Source of the DNA: Phoronis australis
Lineage: Eukaryota; Animalia; Phoronida
Assembly: GCA_002633005.1 (NCBI GenBank)
Contig: NMRA01000471.1
Coordinates: forward strand, 55,187-119,186
DNA: 64,000 nucleotides
Reading direction: 5' to 3'
Shown: one piece after another, positions 39,171-50,787 of the stretch
Position numbering within the stretch: position 1 is the stretch's first letter
Layout: each line of letters starts with the position of its first letter
The notes under the pieces: generated by a model
Databases searched by the model: none
What the model saw: the letters and a program-made list of their open reading frames with translations, nothing else
What the model was told of the DNA's origin: nothing
Made by a program: the position numbers and the translations under genes

Positions 39171-40263
39171 GTACTTGCCTCTGTTTTTCTGTGTGTCTAA
39201 CAGTGTCAAACAGATTTTAACTGCGTCAGGTGGACCTAATTTGTATGGCAAAACTAGTATCCATCTACTGTGAGCTGTGAAAAAACAGTAATATTCCTGA
39301 CAGTGTGTCAACTGGGCCATTGTATTTTGGTTGTTACAGAGTATTACCTTATGTTAGCAGGTCTATCATGTCTGATACTCTGATGGCTGGTAAATAAGGG
39401 ACTGTATTAGTTATGTAATGCTTTAGGTTTGTGTTAAATGTTTGGATGGTTAAGACCAGTCTTTCAGAGATAGTGAATGGCAACAAATGGCATAACTTCA
39501 AAGATTGTTGTCATTAGATTTTACTGTATAGGTGTGCTCTTATCTTTGGAGGCTGTCACTCATCACTTGTAAAGCATTCTTTTCTCTAGCCTAAAAAAGG
39601 GTGAAAGAAATTAATAGGAGAATTGGCCACGCCCACTTGCATTTTGGGCTTGGATGTTAATAAGTAGTCCACGTAGTGGCTTAGAATTTTGGCAATGGTT
39701 GAAATCACCAATGTTGTTTACACACAAACTGCATGGTGTATATTATGGGGAGTGGGAGTTTACTTTTAGAAAGCTGTCCGGATAGTCCTGTGAAAATTAT
39801 GGTTGAGTAGATAATTATGTTTTATTATCCCTTATAGGGTGTGAATAGCCTAGCCCAAAATGTTGTGTGTAGCAATAGTTGCATCATGCATAAGTTATTG
39901 CTACATTGGCCTGGTCTCCTGCTGTGTTATAACTTTTAGTACCTGCTGCTTAAGCCTTACCGTGTGCTTGTCCATTTCATTACTGATATACATGTTACAG
40001 GATATGCGGTTGCATAGAGTGTATCTACTTAATGTGACAAGCCAGCTAATCGCGTGAAGCCTACAGTTAGAGGGTTGCATTCAGCGTGGTACCGCTTGTG
40101 GGCAAAGTGTGCTGTGCAGCCATGGCAATGAGTAAATGGGTGTAGTAGACGCCGCTTTGTGTGCGGCTGGCATAAATTATGATAATATACATGTCTCTTA
40201 CATTGGTTCTGACGAATGAAACTCACTAGTGAGGTTATGAATTATTTGCTTGGCACTTTTCAG

Positions 40264-40393
40264 ATCTAAGTTCATCTGGAAACAGTGAGGAGTTTTGCCG
40301 CTGTGAGAACTGTGGTGCTTATGGTATAAGGAAGGAATTTGTCAAGTCAGGTAGATTCTGCACACACTCCTGTGCGGACTCCTTCACCAACAG
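40264..40393 (+). CDS. L3MBTL3: L3MBTL-like exon 5, FCS-type zinc finger
   Basis: CENCGAYGIRKEFVKSGRFCTHSCA (CxxC..RFCS/TxxC); phase 1 to 2. Confidence 0.88.
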
Positions 40394-40671
40394 GTATACT
40401 AGCTGATGAACATGTGTATAGTTTCTAAGCTGACTAGGATAACTCTTTTGTAAATGTAGTTTTTAGGTTCTTTCTTGAAACCAGTCCCATTGTTTTGGTA
40501 GTGGGTGGCAAGTCAACGGTACTGTTTTCAATGTTTTGTATTTTCCTGCGCCACATTGGATGAACTGAAATAGTCCTGTCTATGCAATCATGTCGTTGCT
40601 TCCATTAAAGTGCATTTTGACATACTTTAATTATTTGACTGTCGTCAGTTAAAAATGATAATTTTCTAGGG

Positions 40672-40815
40672 GTCCACACGGCACTGTCCACACCGCAGTG
40701 TCAACACGGCATTGTCCACTCCACAGTGTCCACACCACAGTGTCCACTCCACAGTGTCCACTCCACAGTGTCCACCCCGCAGTGTCCACTCCACAGTGTC
40801 CACACTGCAGTGTCA
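40672..40815. repeat. 14-bp minisatellite
   Basis: cacagtgtccactc. Confidence 0.85.
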
Positions 40816-41590
40816 ATACTTTGAAAATTCTGGGGTTGACACTGAACCAAAAAAAACAAGTTTCTGTTCAATCAGTGAATGTCTTGAAGCCAAAATTAAA
40901 TTCATCTTCAGTGGAGGAAATGTTACTTAGGCAAACTAAAATTCAGTTTTAGACGAGATTCACGTGTTGCTATACTTGTCTATACTTGTTCACTTTTTTA
41001 TGCAAGTGGAATTCATGTCTAGGTTATGTCACGCTAATTTGAAGGTCTAGGTCGCATAACTGCTGATAATGATGGGTGTCTTTCTTCATTGTTAAGGTTT
41101 ATTTATTCTCGACAATCTTCTCAATTAACGAACATTTCTTACTACTCACACAAATTTTTGAGTTAGTTGAGTATGCAATGCATGAAAGATTNACCGCAGT
41201 GTCCACTCCACAGTGTCCACTCCGCAGTGTCAATACTTTGAAAATTCTGGGGTTGACACTGAACCAAAATAAAAACAAGTTTCTGTTCAATCAGTGAATT
41301 CATCTTCAGTGGGGGAAATGTTAAGTAGGCAAACTAACATTCAGTTCTAGACGAGATTCACGTGTTGCTACACTCGTCTATACTTGTTCACTTTTTTATG
41401 CAAGTGGAATTCATGTCTAGGTTATGTCACGCTAATTTGAAGGTCTAGGTCGCATAACTGCTGATAATGATGGGTGTCTTTCTTCATTGTTAAGGTTTAT
41501 TTATTCTCGACAATCTTCTCAATTAACGAACATTTCTTACTACTCACACAAATTTTTGAGTTAGTTGAGTATGCAATGCATGAAAGATTT
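40785..41590. repeat. ~400-bp direct duplication joined by a single N (probable assembly or haplotype artefact)
   Basis: ~40785-41191 recurs at 41193-41590 with small indels; n at 41192. Confidence 0.8.
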
Positions 41591-41983
41591 GTTATTGAAT
41601 TCATAGCAATCATTTCTATGAATTCATATATAAATGTTTTGGTATAATATTAATGATTTGTAATTCATGTTAACTGTTTATATTGTTCAAGTTTTATCAT
41701 CGGCCTTGATAATTCATATCATTTCTTATCAATGAGTAATGATAAATGCTCAACAGAGAGTTTGTTGTCATGATTTATGATCAGACTAATGATAGCACAT
41801 CATTCGCCTGACGTGACTTCATATCTACCAAAATGGAGTTTGTAGAAAGTGCAGGTGTGCTGCTACTATATTTAGTCAATGGGTGTTCATTGAGTAACCA
41901 AATAACTTATTTCTTAAACAAAGAAATGCTGTAGGACAAATACTGGTGCTATGTGTTTGTATTTTTTGATTTGTTTCTAACAG

Positions 41984-42165
41984 AAAATCGTTTGCGACGA
42001 AAGAGCCGGAGCGCGACGAAGCACCCCCTGGGAAACGCAAAAAGAGGTTCAGTAGCACCATGATGGAGTCTCGACCAAACAACTCTGACGCTGCAGGTTT
42101 GAAAATGAAAATAAAAGTTCAGTCGGAAAGCGAGCTCGAGGGAATACCACAAGCAGCACCACCTG
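41984..42165 (+). CDS. L3MBTL3: L3MBTL-like exon 6 (NLS-like KRKKR)
   Basis: ctaacag acceptor, G|gtgag donor; KSFATKEPERDEAPPGKRKKRF...; phase 2 to 1. Confidence 0.82.
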
Positions 42166-42490
42166 GTGAGTGCTTGTCAGGTCACTTCTCCGCATCACTC
42201 CTTTCCGATAGATTGATTCTTAGATATGAGGCCAATGTTTTAAAGGGATATAGATTATAATTAGTGTTTGAAGGGGATATAGATAGATTGAGATTTTTTA
42301 AGCACTGCGTCTAGTGTTTTATAGGTACTAAGATTCATTATGTAATGATTCAACATTTTATTTTTACTTACACATGGTTACTATCCAGATTGTGTTGTTT
42401 AGTGATTAGAATGTGAAATGTTTCTCTCCCTCCTGTTAAGATGCCATTTACTTGGTTTAAAAAACAACGGATGTGTTTTCTGTCTTTCAG

Positions 42491-42573
42491 CTAAAAAGCA
42501 CAAGTCATTCAATTGGGAGAAATACTTGGAGCGTGAAGAAGCCATTGCAGCCGCAGACAAACTGTTCAGATGT
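42491..42573 (+). CDS. L3MBTL3: L3MBTL-like exon 7, start of MBT repeat 1
   Basis: KSFNWEKYLEREEAIAAADKLF (MBT arm FxWxxYL). Confidence 0.9.
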
Positions 42574-43032
42574 GTATGTGTTTGTCGTATCTAACTAAAT
42601 TTAACTAAATTTAACCAAATTTAACCGAGCTTGGGTATTCTAGCTTTTTGTTGCTCCTTCAATAAGGTAGACTTGAATAGCTTACATAATATTGGCCAGT
42701 GTGGGACAGTATTGTTCAAGTTTGATTAAGATTGGCAAGCCTTGATTAATATTGTTCAAGGTTGATTAGTATTGGCCAGCCTTGAAGAATATAGCGTGAT
42801 TGGTATTAGCTAACCTTAAATAATATTGTTTAAGCTCAACAATATTGCTCAAGCTTGCAAAATAATGGCCAATCGTAAGTAATATTGTTCAAACTTGATT
42901 ACTATTAAACCAACCTTGAATAATAACGGCCAAGCTGAATGTTAGTGAATCTCTAAGCTTGCTTAATCTTGTCAATGAGTATTATTGAAGCTCGTAGATT
43001 TAGTGCGTATCAGTCATTATTTATTGATATTA

Positions 43033-44408
43033 CCGTAATCGTTCGGGTTAACGCCCATGCTCAGTTAACCGCCCACCCCCTACTTTAGGTGAATTTCGAT
43101 TTAACCGCCCACTGCTCGGTTAACCGCCCCCCTGCTATTTTTGAAGATTTCCAATTAACCGCCCACTGCTCGGTTAACCGCCCATCCCCTACTTTTGCCG
43201 ATTGGTGATTACCGCCCTGTGCTAATAGGAAACGCGAATCCCCGACCTTTTAGATTAAGATCGATGATAACATTGAGTGCAACGACGGCCTCAGAGACCG
43301 CGGTTTAGCAATGTGAATTATGATACCAGTAACAAATTATTGTAACGGGTCATCGATTAACTTCAAAATGTAATACTTGAACACTTTGTCACTTTCTTTT
43401 CTTCTCATGTTCGCAAACTTTAGGAACCGCGCTGGCNNNNNNNNNNNNNNNNNNNNNNNNNNNNNNNNNNNNNNNNNNNNNNNNNNNNNNNNNNNNNNNN
43501 NNNNNNNNNNNNNNNNNNNNNNNNNNNNNNNNNNNNNNNNNNNNNNNNNNNNNNNNNNNNNNNNNNNNNNNNNNNNNNNNNNNNNNNNNNNNNNNNNNNN
43601 NNNNNNNNNNNNNNNNNNNNNNNNNNNNNNNNNNNNNNNNNNNNNNNNNNNNNNNNNNNNNNNNNNNNNNNNNNNNNNNNNNNNNNNNNNNNNNNNNNNN
43701 NNNNNNNNNNNNNNNNNNNNNNNNNNNNNNNNNNNNNNNNNNNNNNNNNNNNNNNNNNNNNNNNNNNNNNNNNNNNNNNNNNNNNNNNNNNNNNNNNNNN
43801 NNNNNNNNNNNNNNNNNNNNNNNNNNNNNNNNNNNNNNNNNNNNNNNNNNNNNNNNNNNNNNNNNNNNNNNNNNNNNNNNNNNNNNNNNNNNNNNNNNNN
43901 NNNNNNNNNNNNNNNNNNNNNNNNNNNNNNNNNNNNNNNNNNNNNNNNNNNNNNNNNNNNNNNNNNNNNNNNNNNNNNNNNNNNNNNNNNNNNNNNNNNN
44001 NNNNNNNNNNNNNNNNNNNNNNNNNNNNNNNNNNNNNNNNNNNNNNNNNNNNNNNNNNNNNNNNNNNNNNNNNNNNNNNNNNNNNNNNNNNNNNNNNNNN
44101 NNNNNNNNNNNNNNNNNNNNNNNNNNNNNNNNNNNNNNNNNNNNNNNNNNNNNNNNNNNNNNNNNNNNNNNNNNNNNNNNNNNNNNNNNNNNNNNNNNNN
44201 NNNNNNNNNNNNNNNNNNNNNNNNNNNNNNNNNNNNNNNNNNNNNNNNNNNNNNNNNNNNNNNNNNNNNNNNNNNNNNNNNNNNNNNNNNNNCCCCCCCG
44301 ATTTCTTGAAATTTCACGTTTAAGCGCCCATGTCTGGTTAACCGCCCACCCCCGATTTTTTGTGTTCGCCAATTTAACTGCCCAGGGCGTTAACCCGAAC
44401 GATTACGG
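43033..44408. mobile_element. Tc1/pogo-type MITE spanning an assembly gap
   Basis: 24-bp perfect TIR CCGTAATCGTTCGGGTTAACGCCC / GGGCGTTAACCCGAACGATTACGG, TA on both sides, subterminal TTAACCGCCC repeats. Confidence 0.85.
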
Positions 44409-44844
44409 TATGTGTTACAATGTATGGTCCCCATCATTCCATGCCAAAGGTGTCGTCATGTTGTCACTTGTGTATATCCCGTTTGACTGTTTTTAATTAT
44501 ACTGTAGTGCGCTTTATTGCCACACATGTAAGTACAAGATGACAGTGATGGAAAGCACCTTTCTCACTGAAGAGGCTAAACCCCATTTTGAAAATAACTA
44601 GAAATAATTGTTGATGCTGTCATTTATGTGTACTGAAGTGTTTTAAACTTCAATTTCTGCCTTAATTGAACTTGTGCTGGATGAGGAGTCTTATATGTTA
44701 CATTATATAGTTTTACTAGCTTGTCTGGCCAAATGATCAGCATTTGCTATTTTGAACAGTCTCGGAGACTTCAGCTAACTGTGTATCTACTGTCACGTGA
44801 TTGGGTGGAGTTTAATTAATTGTTAACACAAATTTGTGTTCTAG

Positions 44845-45079
44845 CAATTTCCGAAGGGCAAGAACACTTTTCGTGTCTCCTACAAACTGGAGGGCATTGA
44901 CCCCAAGCACCCTTCTCTCTACTGTGTTCTGACTGTGGCTGAGGTACGTGGTTACCGCATACGACTCCATTTTGATGGCTACTCCGAGTGCTACGACTTC
45001 TGGGTCAACGCTGACTCTGACCAAATATTTCCTGTTGGCTGGAGTGAGAAGAACAGCAAAAACCTGTTGCCGCCAAAAG
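44845..45079 (+). CDS. L3MBTL3: L3MBTL-like exon 8, MBT repeat 1 core
   Basis: KNTFRVSYKLEGIDPKHPSLYCVLTVAEVRGYRIRLHFDGYSECYDFWVNADS..IFPVGW. Confidence 0.95.
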
Positions 45080-45343
45080 GTAAAGATGATATTGGGTAAT
45101 TTGATTTGTAATTGAAAGTTGTTTTCACATTTAAAGGCTCAGTCCTCAGTTTATTGATATTTTATGTGAATTTTTTCGGGACGTATGACACTTGTTGGCC
45201 ACGTTGTAATAGGTGAAGAGTTATGAGTCAGTGCATTTATATGTACTGTACATCTACACAGTGAGGAGCCTACTCCAATGTATGTTATGTATTTGACTAT
45301 ACATGTGTTGCTTTAGATTTTGAAACGACCCCTCTATCTGCAG

Positions 45344-45438
45344 GCTACTCCAACGACACATTCAGCTGGACTGATTATCTCAAGGCATCACGTTCACAAG
45401 CTGCACCCAAACACTTGTTCACTGTTCTCCAGAACTCG
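45344..45438 (+). CDS. L3MBTL3: L3MBTL-like exon 9, MBT repeat 2 arm
   Basis: GYSNDTFSWTDYLKASRSQAAPKHLF; an in-frame upstream acceptor is also possible at 45317. Confidence 0.9.
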
Positions 45439-45768
45439 GTTAGTAGCAGCTTAGTTGTTTCACAAAGCTTACTGATTCAGAGTTAATTACTGTATATTAC
45501 TAAATGTGTCTTTCCGTCTTATGAAATATTGTATGTGTTCTTATACAATTAATGGTAGGATGTTTTGAAGCAATTTTGCAGCTACGCTTTTGTACCAGCC
45601 GGGTATTTTTTATGTAATAATTACTCCAATTGACTTATCAAACTATGTTTATGTTCTGCTCAAAAAAAAATCCATTGCACTCTTCAAATTGAGGAAATCA
45701 CTGATATGTGTTGTAAGTTGCAGAATTGTTATACATGTAATGTAAATTGGTATCTTAATAAACACCAG

Positions 45769-46942
45769 CAGCCGATTTCATAAAGGTGGTTTAAAGTTAA
45801 ACCAGGTTTAAACTGGACTTAGACCAGGTTTAATGATAATCTGCATTTCATAAAGGTGGTTCAACTTCTAGACCAGTGGTCTTGTAAAACCTGGTTTAAC
45901 TCCAGTTTAGACCTGGTCTAAGTCAGTTTTCATTTCACCAACGAGGTCTATATTCTTTAGACCTGTATTAAGATCTTAAACCATGTTTAACTTTAGACTT
46001 GGTCAGACCCAGGTTTAACTGTTAAATATGTCAGACTTGCATGGTATAGGTACAACTGAACGATGCCGCGGTGTGCAATTACGACGCAGTTTTAGACCGA
46101 AAATGGACTATTTTCATTATTCAGGTTTACTACGACACGAGATCAAACGTAGCAGAGGCGGATCCAGGATTTTTTAAAGGAGAAGGGACGGTCAAGTACT
46201 TTTTGGAAGGGGGGACCAAGTCAACAATTTGAAAATTATAGATTTGACATCATTAAAACCAAGGTAAAAAGGGGGCTCCGGACCCCTTGACCCCCCTGGA
46301 TCCCCCTATGCGTAGACCAGTACGTGCTGGAGTGTGTCCTGCGGATTCCTCAGAATATGACTGGTCGAGCAGGGCGTCATCGTCGCAAGCCCTACGGATT
46401 TGACTTAAGACAGCATACTCTGGTTCTTCTGACTGCGTTCCACCTCCACTGTTCTCCGATTCAATGTTGCCGGGAAGGGGTCTTGCCCCCCCCTTTGGCC
46501 GAGAAAAATAAAAACTAAAATGACACGGAAATAAATTTGGGCATTTATCATGTGACATCTAATCATGAGCATGTTCTTTAATGTGTGTGCGTTGGGCACA
46601 CAAATTACATTTTTCCTCATGAGAAAAGCTTTTAGACCTTTGTCGTAAATGTCTGCACTGATTCTACTGGTGTATGCCATTCTATACCCACGTGATCAAG
46701 GTTTCATTGAAACACTTCAATAGTTTCTTTGTTGGGTTTACCCACCTCGACACAGTTGGGTGCCTTTGATACTTTAAACCTGGTTCTACTGAACCAGCTC
46801 CCTGGTCTAGCAAAACCAGGCTTTCAGACTCTTAAACCATGTTGGTGAAATGCACGTTAGGTCTAAAATTAGACCAGGTTTAGGAAGACCAGGTTTAAGT
46901 CTTAAGCCTGGTTTTGTTAAACCACCTTTATGAAATCGGCTG
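45769..46942. mobile_element. PIF/Harbinger-like non-autonomous element
   Basis: TIR CAGCCGATTTCATAAAGGTGGTTT / AAACCACCTTTATGAAATCGGCTG; 3-bp TSD CAG; subterminal AGACCAGGTTTAA repeats. Confidence 0.8.
46153..46310. mobile_element. Small hAT-like MITE nested in the Harbinger-like element (5-bp TSD)
   Basis: CAGAGGCGGATCCAGG ... CCTGGATCCCCCTATG flanked by CGTAG on both sides. Confidence 0.7.
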
Positions 46943-46992
46943 CAGAAATTACCAGGACGCGATCATTGATAGTCTGTCCTTCTTATAGCCAG

Positions 46993-48150
46993 CTTTATGT
47001 ACCCACATATTCATAATTATGTGGGTAAATGTTGCCATCATCTCTGACTGGGAGTTCGGCATCCAGGTGCCTGGTATCGGCAGCTGTGTCGCCTAAACCA
47101 CTTGCAAGATCTTATTGGGGATTTGTCAGATGTGTTGCTATGAAGCTGGCGCATTTTGACAGTGTGTTTCGAACCAATCTGTGTAAGGGTGTGCCCCTTA
47201 AATGCAATTTTAGTTTTTATGCGCACACATATTTATATGTGGACGCATTATGCTGTCATCTCCGTCCGTCCGTCTGTCCGTCCGGCGGCTGCTGCTCTAT
47301 CTCCAAAACCCCTTGATGTATGTTCATGAAATTTTGCACAGATGTTCCGTCTGGATGGGACAGCATGAGCGAATTTTCGGACGAATTCGACAACCGGTGT
47401 GCCCCCTAGTGGCAATTTTAGCTTTTTAGGCTTACCTCTGTATCTTCAAAAGTTCTTAATGGATTTTGATGAAATTTGGTATGTTGGCAACTATAAGTGA
47501 GATGACGCCCTCCCATTTTCGGATGGATTCGACGTAGTTTGCGCCACTTAGTGGCTGTTCTGTTTTTACTGTTTTTGAGTGTTTTTTTGCATGCACCCCT
47601 CTGTCAGCCATACCGGTCAAAGGATGATTGTGAAAATTGGCATGTATTTTCTTACTATGAAGTTGATGTCTGACGATGATTTTCCGAGGACTTCGACTAC
47701 TGTGGCGCCTCCAAGTGGCAGTTTTGTTTTTTTTTGCGCCTATGGCTGTGTCTCCTAAACCGTTTACAGGATCTTTACAAAACTTAGTAAGTATTTTTAT
47801 ATGATGTTAACAACAGACAACGACGACTTTCAGACAGATCTGACTACTGGTGTGCCACCTAGTGGCAATTTTATTTTGTACGTTTACCTCCGTCCTTAAC
47901 ATATTTTCATAAAATTTAGCACTGGCCTCTGTTAATGAGGTGATGATGTCGCTTCGTTTTCAGTTGACTCGACCTAGTTTTCGGCACCTAGTGGCCATTT
48001 TTACTGTTTTGGAGTCTGTTATTTGTTGTCCACTCATCTATCAACCAAACCGCTTTCAATATAATTGTGAAAATTGGCATGTATGTTTTTACTATGAAGT
48101 GGGCAGCTGATGACTTCAACTACTGGGGCACCTCCTGGTGGTAGTTTTGG
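46993..48150 (+). mobile_element. Second, 3'-truncated HINE of the same family (with a related 5' fragment in front)
   Basis: tttttatgcgcacacatatttatatgtggacgcattatg..ccgtccgtccgtctgtcc at 47215 is nearly identical to the 6805 copy; same internal units. Confidence 0.7.
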
Positions 48151-48197
48151 CAGAGTTGTATTGGGGATGCTTTACTATTAGAGTTTTTGAATTCTAG

Positions 48198-48426
48198 AGT
48201 TTGACTCCACATGGGTTTCGAACGGGAATGAAACTCGAAGCAGTGGACAAGAAGAACTCATCGCTCATCTGTGTGGCAACGGTTGCAGATGTCATCAATG
48301 ACAACATCCTCATACATTTTGATGGCTGGGAGGATGCATATGACTACTGGTGTGATCCAGGCTCCCCCTATATTCACCCTGTAGGCTGGTGCCAGGAGAA
48401 TGATAGGACACTGTCGCCACCTAATG
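48198..48426 (+). CDS. L3MBTL3: L3MBTL-like exon 10, MBT repeat 2 core (methyl-lysine pocket)
   Basis: GFRTGMKLEAVDKKNSSLICVATVADV...IHFDGWEDAYDYWCD..SPYIHPVGWC. Confidence 0.96.
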
Positions 48427-48746
48427 GTAAGTCAAAGAAGCTGAGATTGGTGTTCTCTTATTAAGAGACACCGAGTCTTGTAAAGCTTAGCTGCTTCAGT
48501 TTAAAAAAATGATTCAAGTTCTGTGACTGAGTCGTCAGGTCACTTAATAAATTGATGTATTGGCTTGAATTCATGAAATGTCCTGCACCTTGGTTAAATT
48601 GAAAACATTCACAGCTGAAAACTGTGATGATGTTCATAGTGGTCCAGTTGTAATTCCCACCAAATACACGCACTTTAAGTACTATTTTTGAGTTTCTATT
48701 TAATTATGAAAAATTTAATACATCACGCCTCTTTAATATTGATGGA

Positions 48747-48950
48747 ATGTACAACACAGGTTAACTTACTATGAGATTGTTGACATCCAACCTTTGATGT
48801 ACAACACAGGTTAGCTTACTATGAGATTGTTGACATCCAACCTTTGATGTACAACACAGGTTAGCTTACTATGAGATTGTTGACATCCAACCTTTGATGT
48901 ACAACACAGGTTAGCTTACTATGAGATTGTTGACATCCAACCTTTGATGT
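48747..48950. repeat. 50-bp tandem repeat x4
   Basis: gtacaacacaggttagcttactatgagattgttgacatccaacctttgat. Confidence 0.95.
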
Positions 48951-49029
48951 TTTTAAAATGAAAAAAGGAGGCAAACACCATTTTCTTCTCAATGTTTAGT
49001 AATTCTGCGAATTCTCAAATATGAATGAA

Positions 49030-49126
49030 ATTATGCGAAGTATGCATGGTGTTCATTATGCAAAGTATGCATGGTGTTCATTATGCAAAGTATGCATGGT
49101 GTTCGTTATGCAAAGTATGCATGGTA
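49030..49126. repeat. 25-bp tandem repeat x4
   Basis: attatgcaaagtatgcatggtgttc. Confidence 0.9.
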
Positions 49127-49187
49127 TTCTTTATGCTCTCTTCATGTCCTTGTTATAATTGCATTCTGCTTGGTACAATTCCTTTAG

Positions 49188-49273
49188 ACTGGAAGGAAAT
49201 AGAAACATTCACCTGGGAAGACTACATGGCACAGACTAACACAGTTGCTGTTCCTGCCAGGGCGTTCAAACAG
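49188..49273 (+). CDS. L3MBTL3: L3MBTL-like exon 11, MBT repeat 3 arm
   Basis: DWKEIETFTWEDYMAQTNTVAVPARAFKQ. Confidence 0.9.
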
Positions 49274-49715
49274 GTAGGGTGTTATTTAAGCACAATCTAT
49301 TAGTATTTGAACTAGGACGGAAAGAAATCTATCAGTCTTAGAACCAACAATCTGTTGAAATTTGGCTTAGGGCAGATGGAAATTAAGTTTGTCCTGTGAT
49401 TCAATGTTGTTCAACCTTGTGATCTTTAGCATTGGTTGTTGGGTGATTCTTTGTTTCTTATATTTTACTGTCTTGAAATTTCAGTGTAAAATTGTTGAAA
49501 AAATTTAAAATGTGCAAATTTAAGCATAATTTGCAGGTAACTGTTGCTTATTGTGATTATTATTTGTCCAAATGAGTTGCAAATACAACACTTGTATATG
49601 ATTTGTATTAATTTTTGTGAAAACAAAAAATCTCAAACGGTTGACCTTTACAATAATGATGTACCTCTCTGGCTTATATAACCCAAACCCTGTATTGTTC
49701 ATTATGTTTGTACAG

Positions 49716-50044
49716 CGGTCGCCTAGCGGTTTCGAGATTGGAATGAGGTTTGAGGCTGTGGACAAGCGTAACCCGATCCTGGTCCGTGTGGCTTCAGTGG
49801 CCAGTGTGGACCATCATCAAGTATTAGTGCACTTTGATGGCTGGTCAGAGTCCTACGACTACTGGGAGGACGATGATAGTGCTGACCTACACCCAGTTGG
49901 ATGGTGCAGCAAGACTGGACATCCCCTGCAGCCACCGCTGGGACCACGGGACCTGGCCAACTCACCCACCCAGAGTGGCTGCCCCACCCCTGGTTGTAAT
50001 GGGGTGGGGCACATCAAAGGTGCTAAATACACGGGACACCATAG
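49716..50044 (+). CDS. L3MBTL3: L3MBTL-like exon 12, MBT repeat 3 core plus start of CCHHC finger 1
   Basis: GFEIGMRFEAVDKRNPILVRVASV...HFDGWSESYDYW...HPVGWCSKTGHPLQPP...GCPTPGCNGVGHIKGAKYTGHH. Confidence 0.96.
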
Positions 50045-50294
50045 GTGAGTAGCCTACGAATGAACATACTGTCATCTGGAATATGAATAACTGAACGCCC
50101 TCTGGTGGTCTGATCTAAAATTTTGAATAATTTTTGAGTTTTAACAATTTCCATTTGCAGCTTCAACTTTAGTTTAAAACTAATTTTATGAAGTCCAGTA
50201 TCAGCTTTTGAATGTTTCAATGACCACTGGTCAGTATAATCTTTATTGACACTACTATCACTCTGTGTTAATAGGGGTGTCATATTGTTTGCAG

Positions 50295-50444
50295 TGCATT
50301 TGGCTGTCCGTACTCGCCTCTAAACATGAATAAGGAGACAACACTTGCTGACAGAATGTTAGGACAGTTTAGGACTGACTCAGCCTCTAGTGATTCACGA
50401 AGAGCTCTTGACTTGTCTACATCGCCATTGGACACGGGCAAGGG
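50295..50444 (+). CDS. L3MBTL3: L3MBTL-like exon 13
   Basis: SAFGCPYSPLNMNKE...LADR completes CCHHC finger 1; phase 2 to 2. Confidence 0.92.
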
Positions 50445-50787
50445 GTGAGTTGTGTGACTGATATAGCAGTAGGTGGTGGGTGTTGTAAAATGAACTTCAT
50501 GAACAAGCAACCTTAGTGGTTCCAGAAAATGGCTGTTTATATTTTCTTAGAATTTTGTTGTTGCAGAATGATCGAGTGCAAATGTGACAGATTAGTATGT
50601 ATTCAAATGAAGAGGTTAAATTTTGGGATATGGAATGGATATGTATGCAACAAGAAAATTTCTTCATTTGCCGCCTGTCATTGGTGAAACTTTCTGAATG
50701 AATGAAGGCTCTCAGGTCATTGGTTCTAGACAGTTTTACAATTAACTTGGTCTCTGCCCAATGAAACTTTGTTCTCTGATTTTAATC

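Noticed and set aside
43337-44372. ~320-aa ORFs
   Set aside because: Consist almost entirely of N-gap
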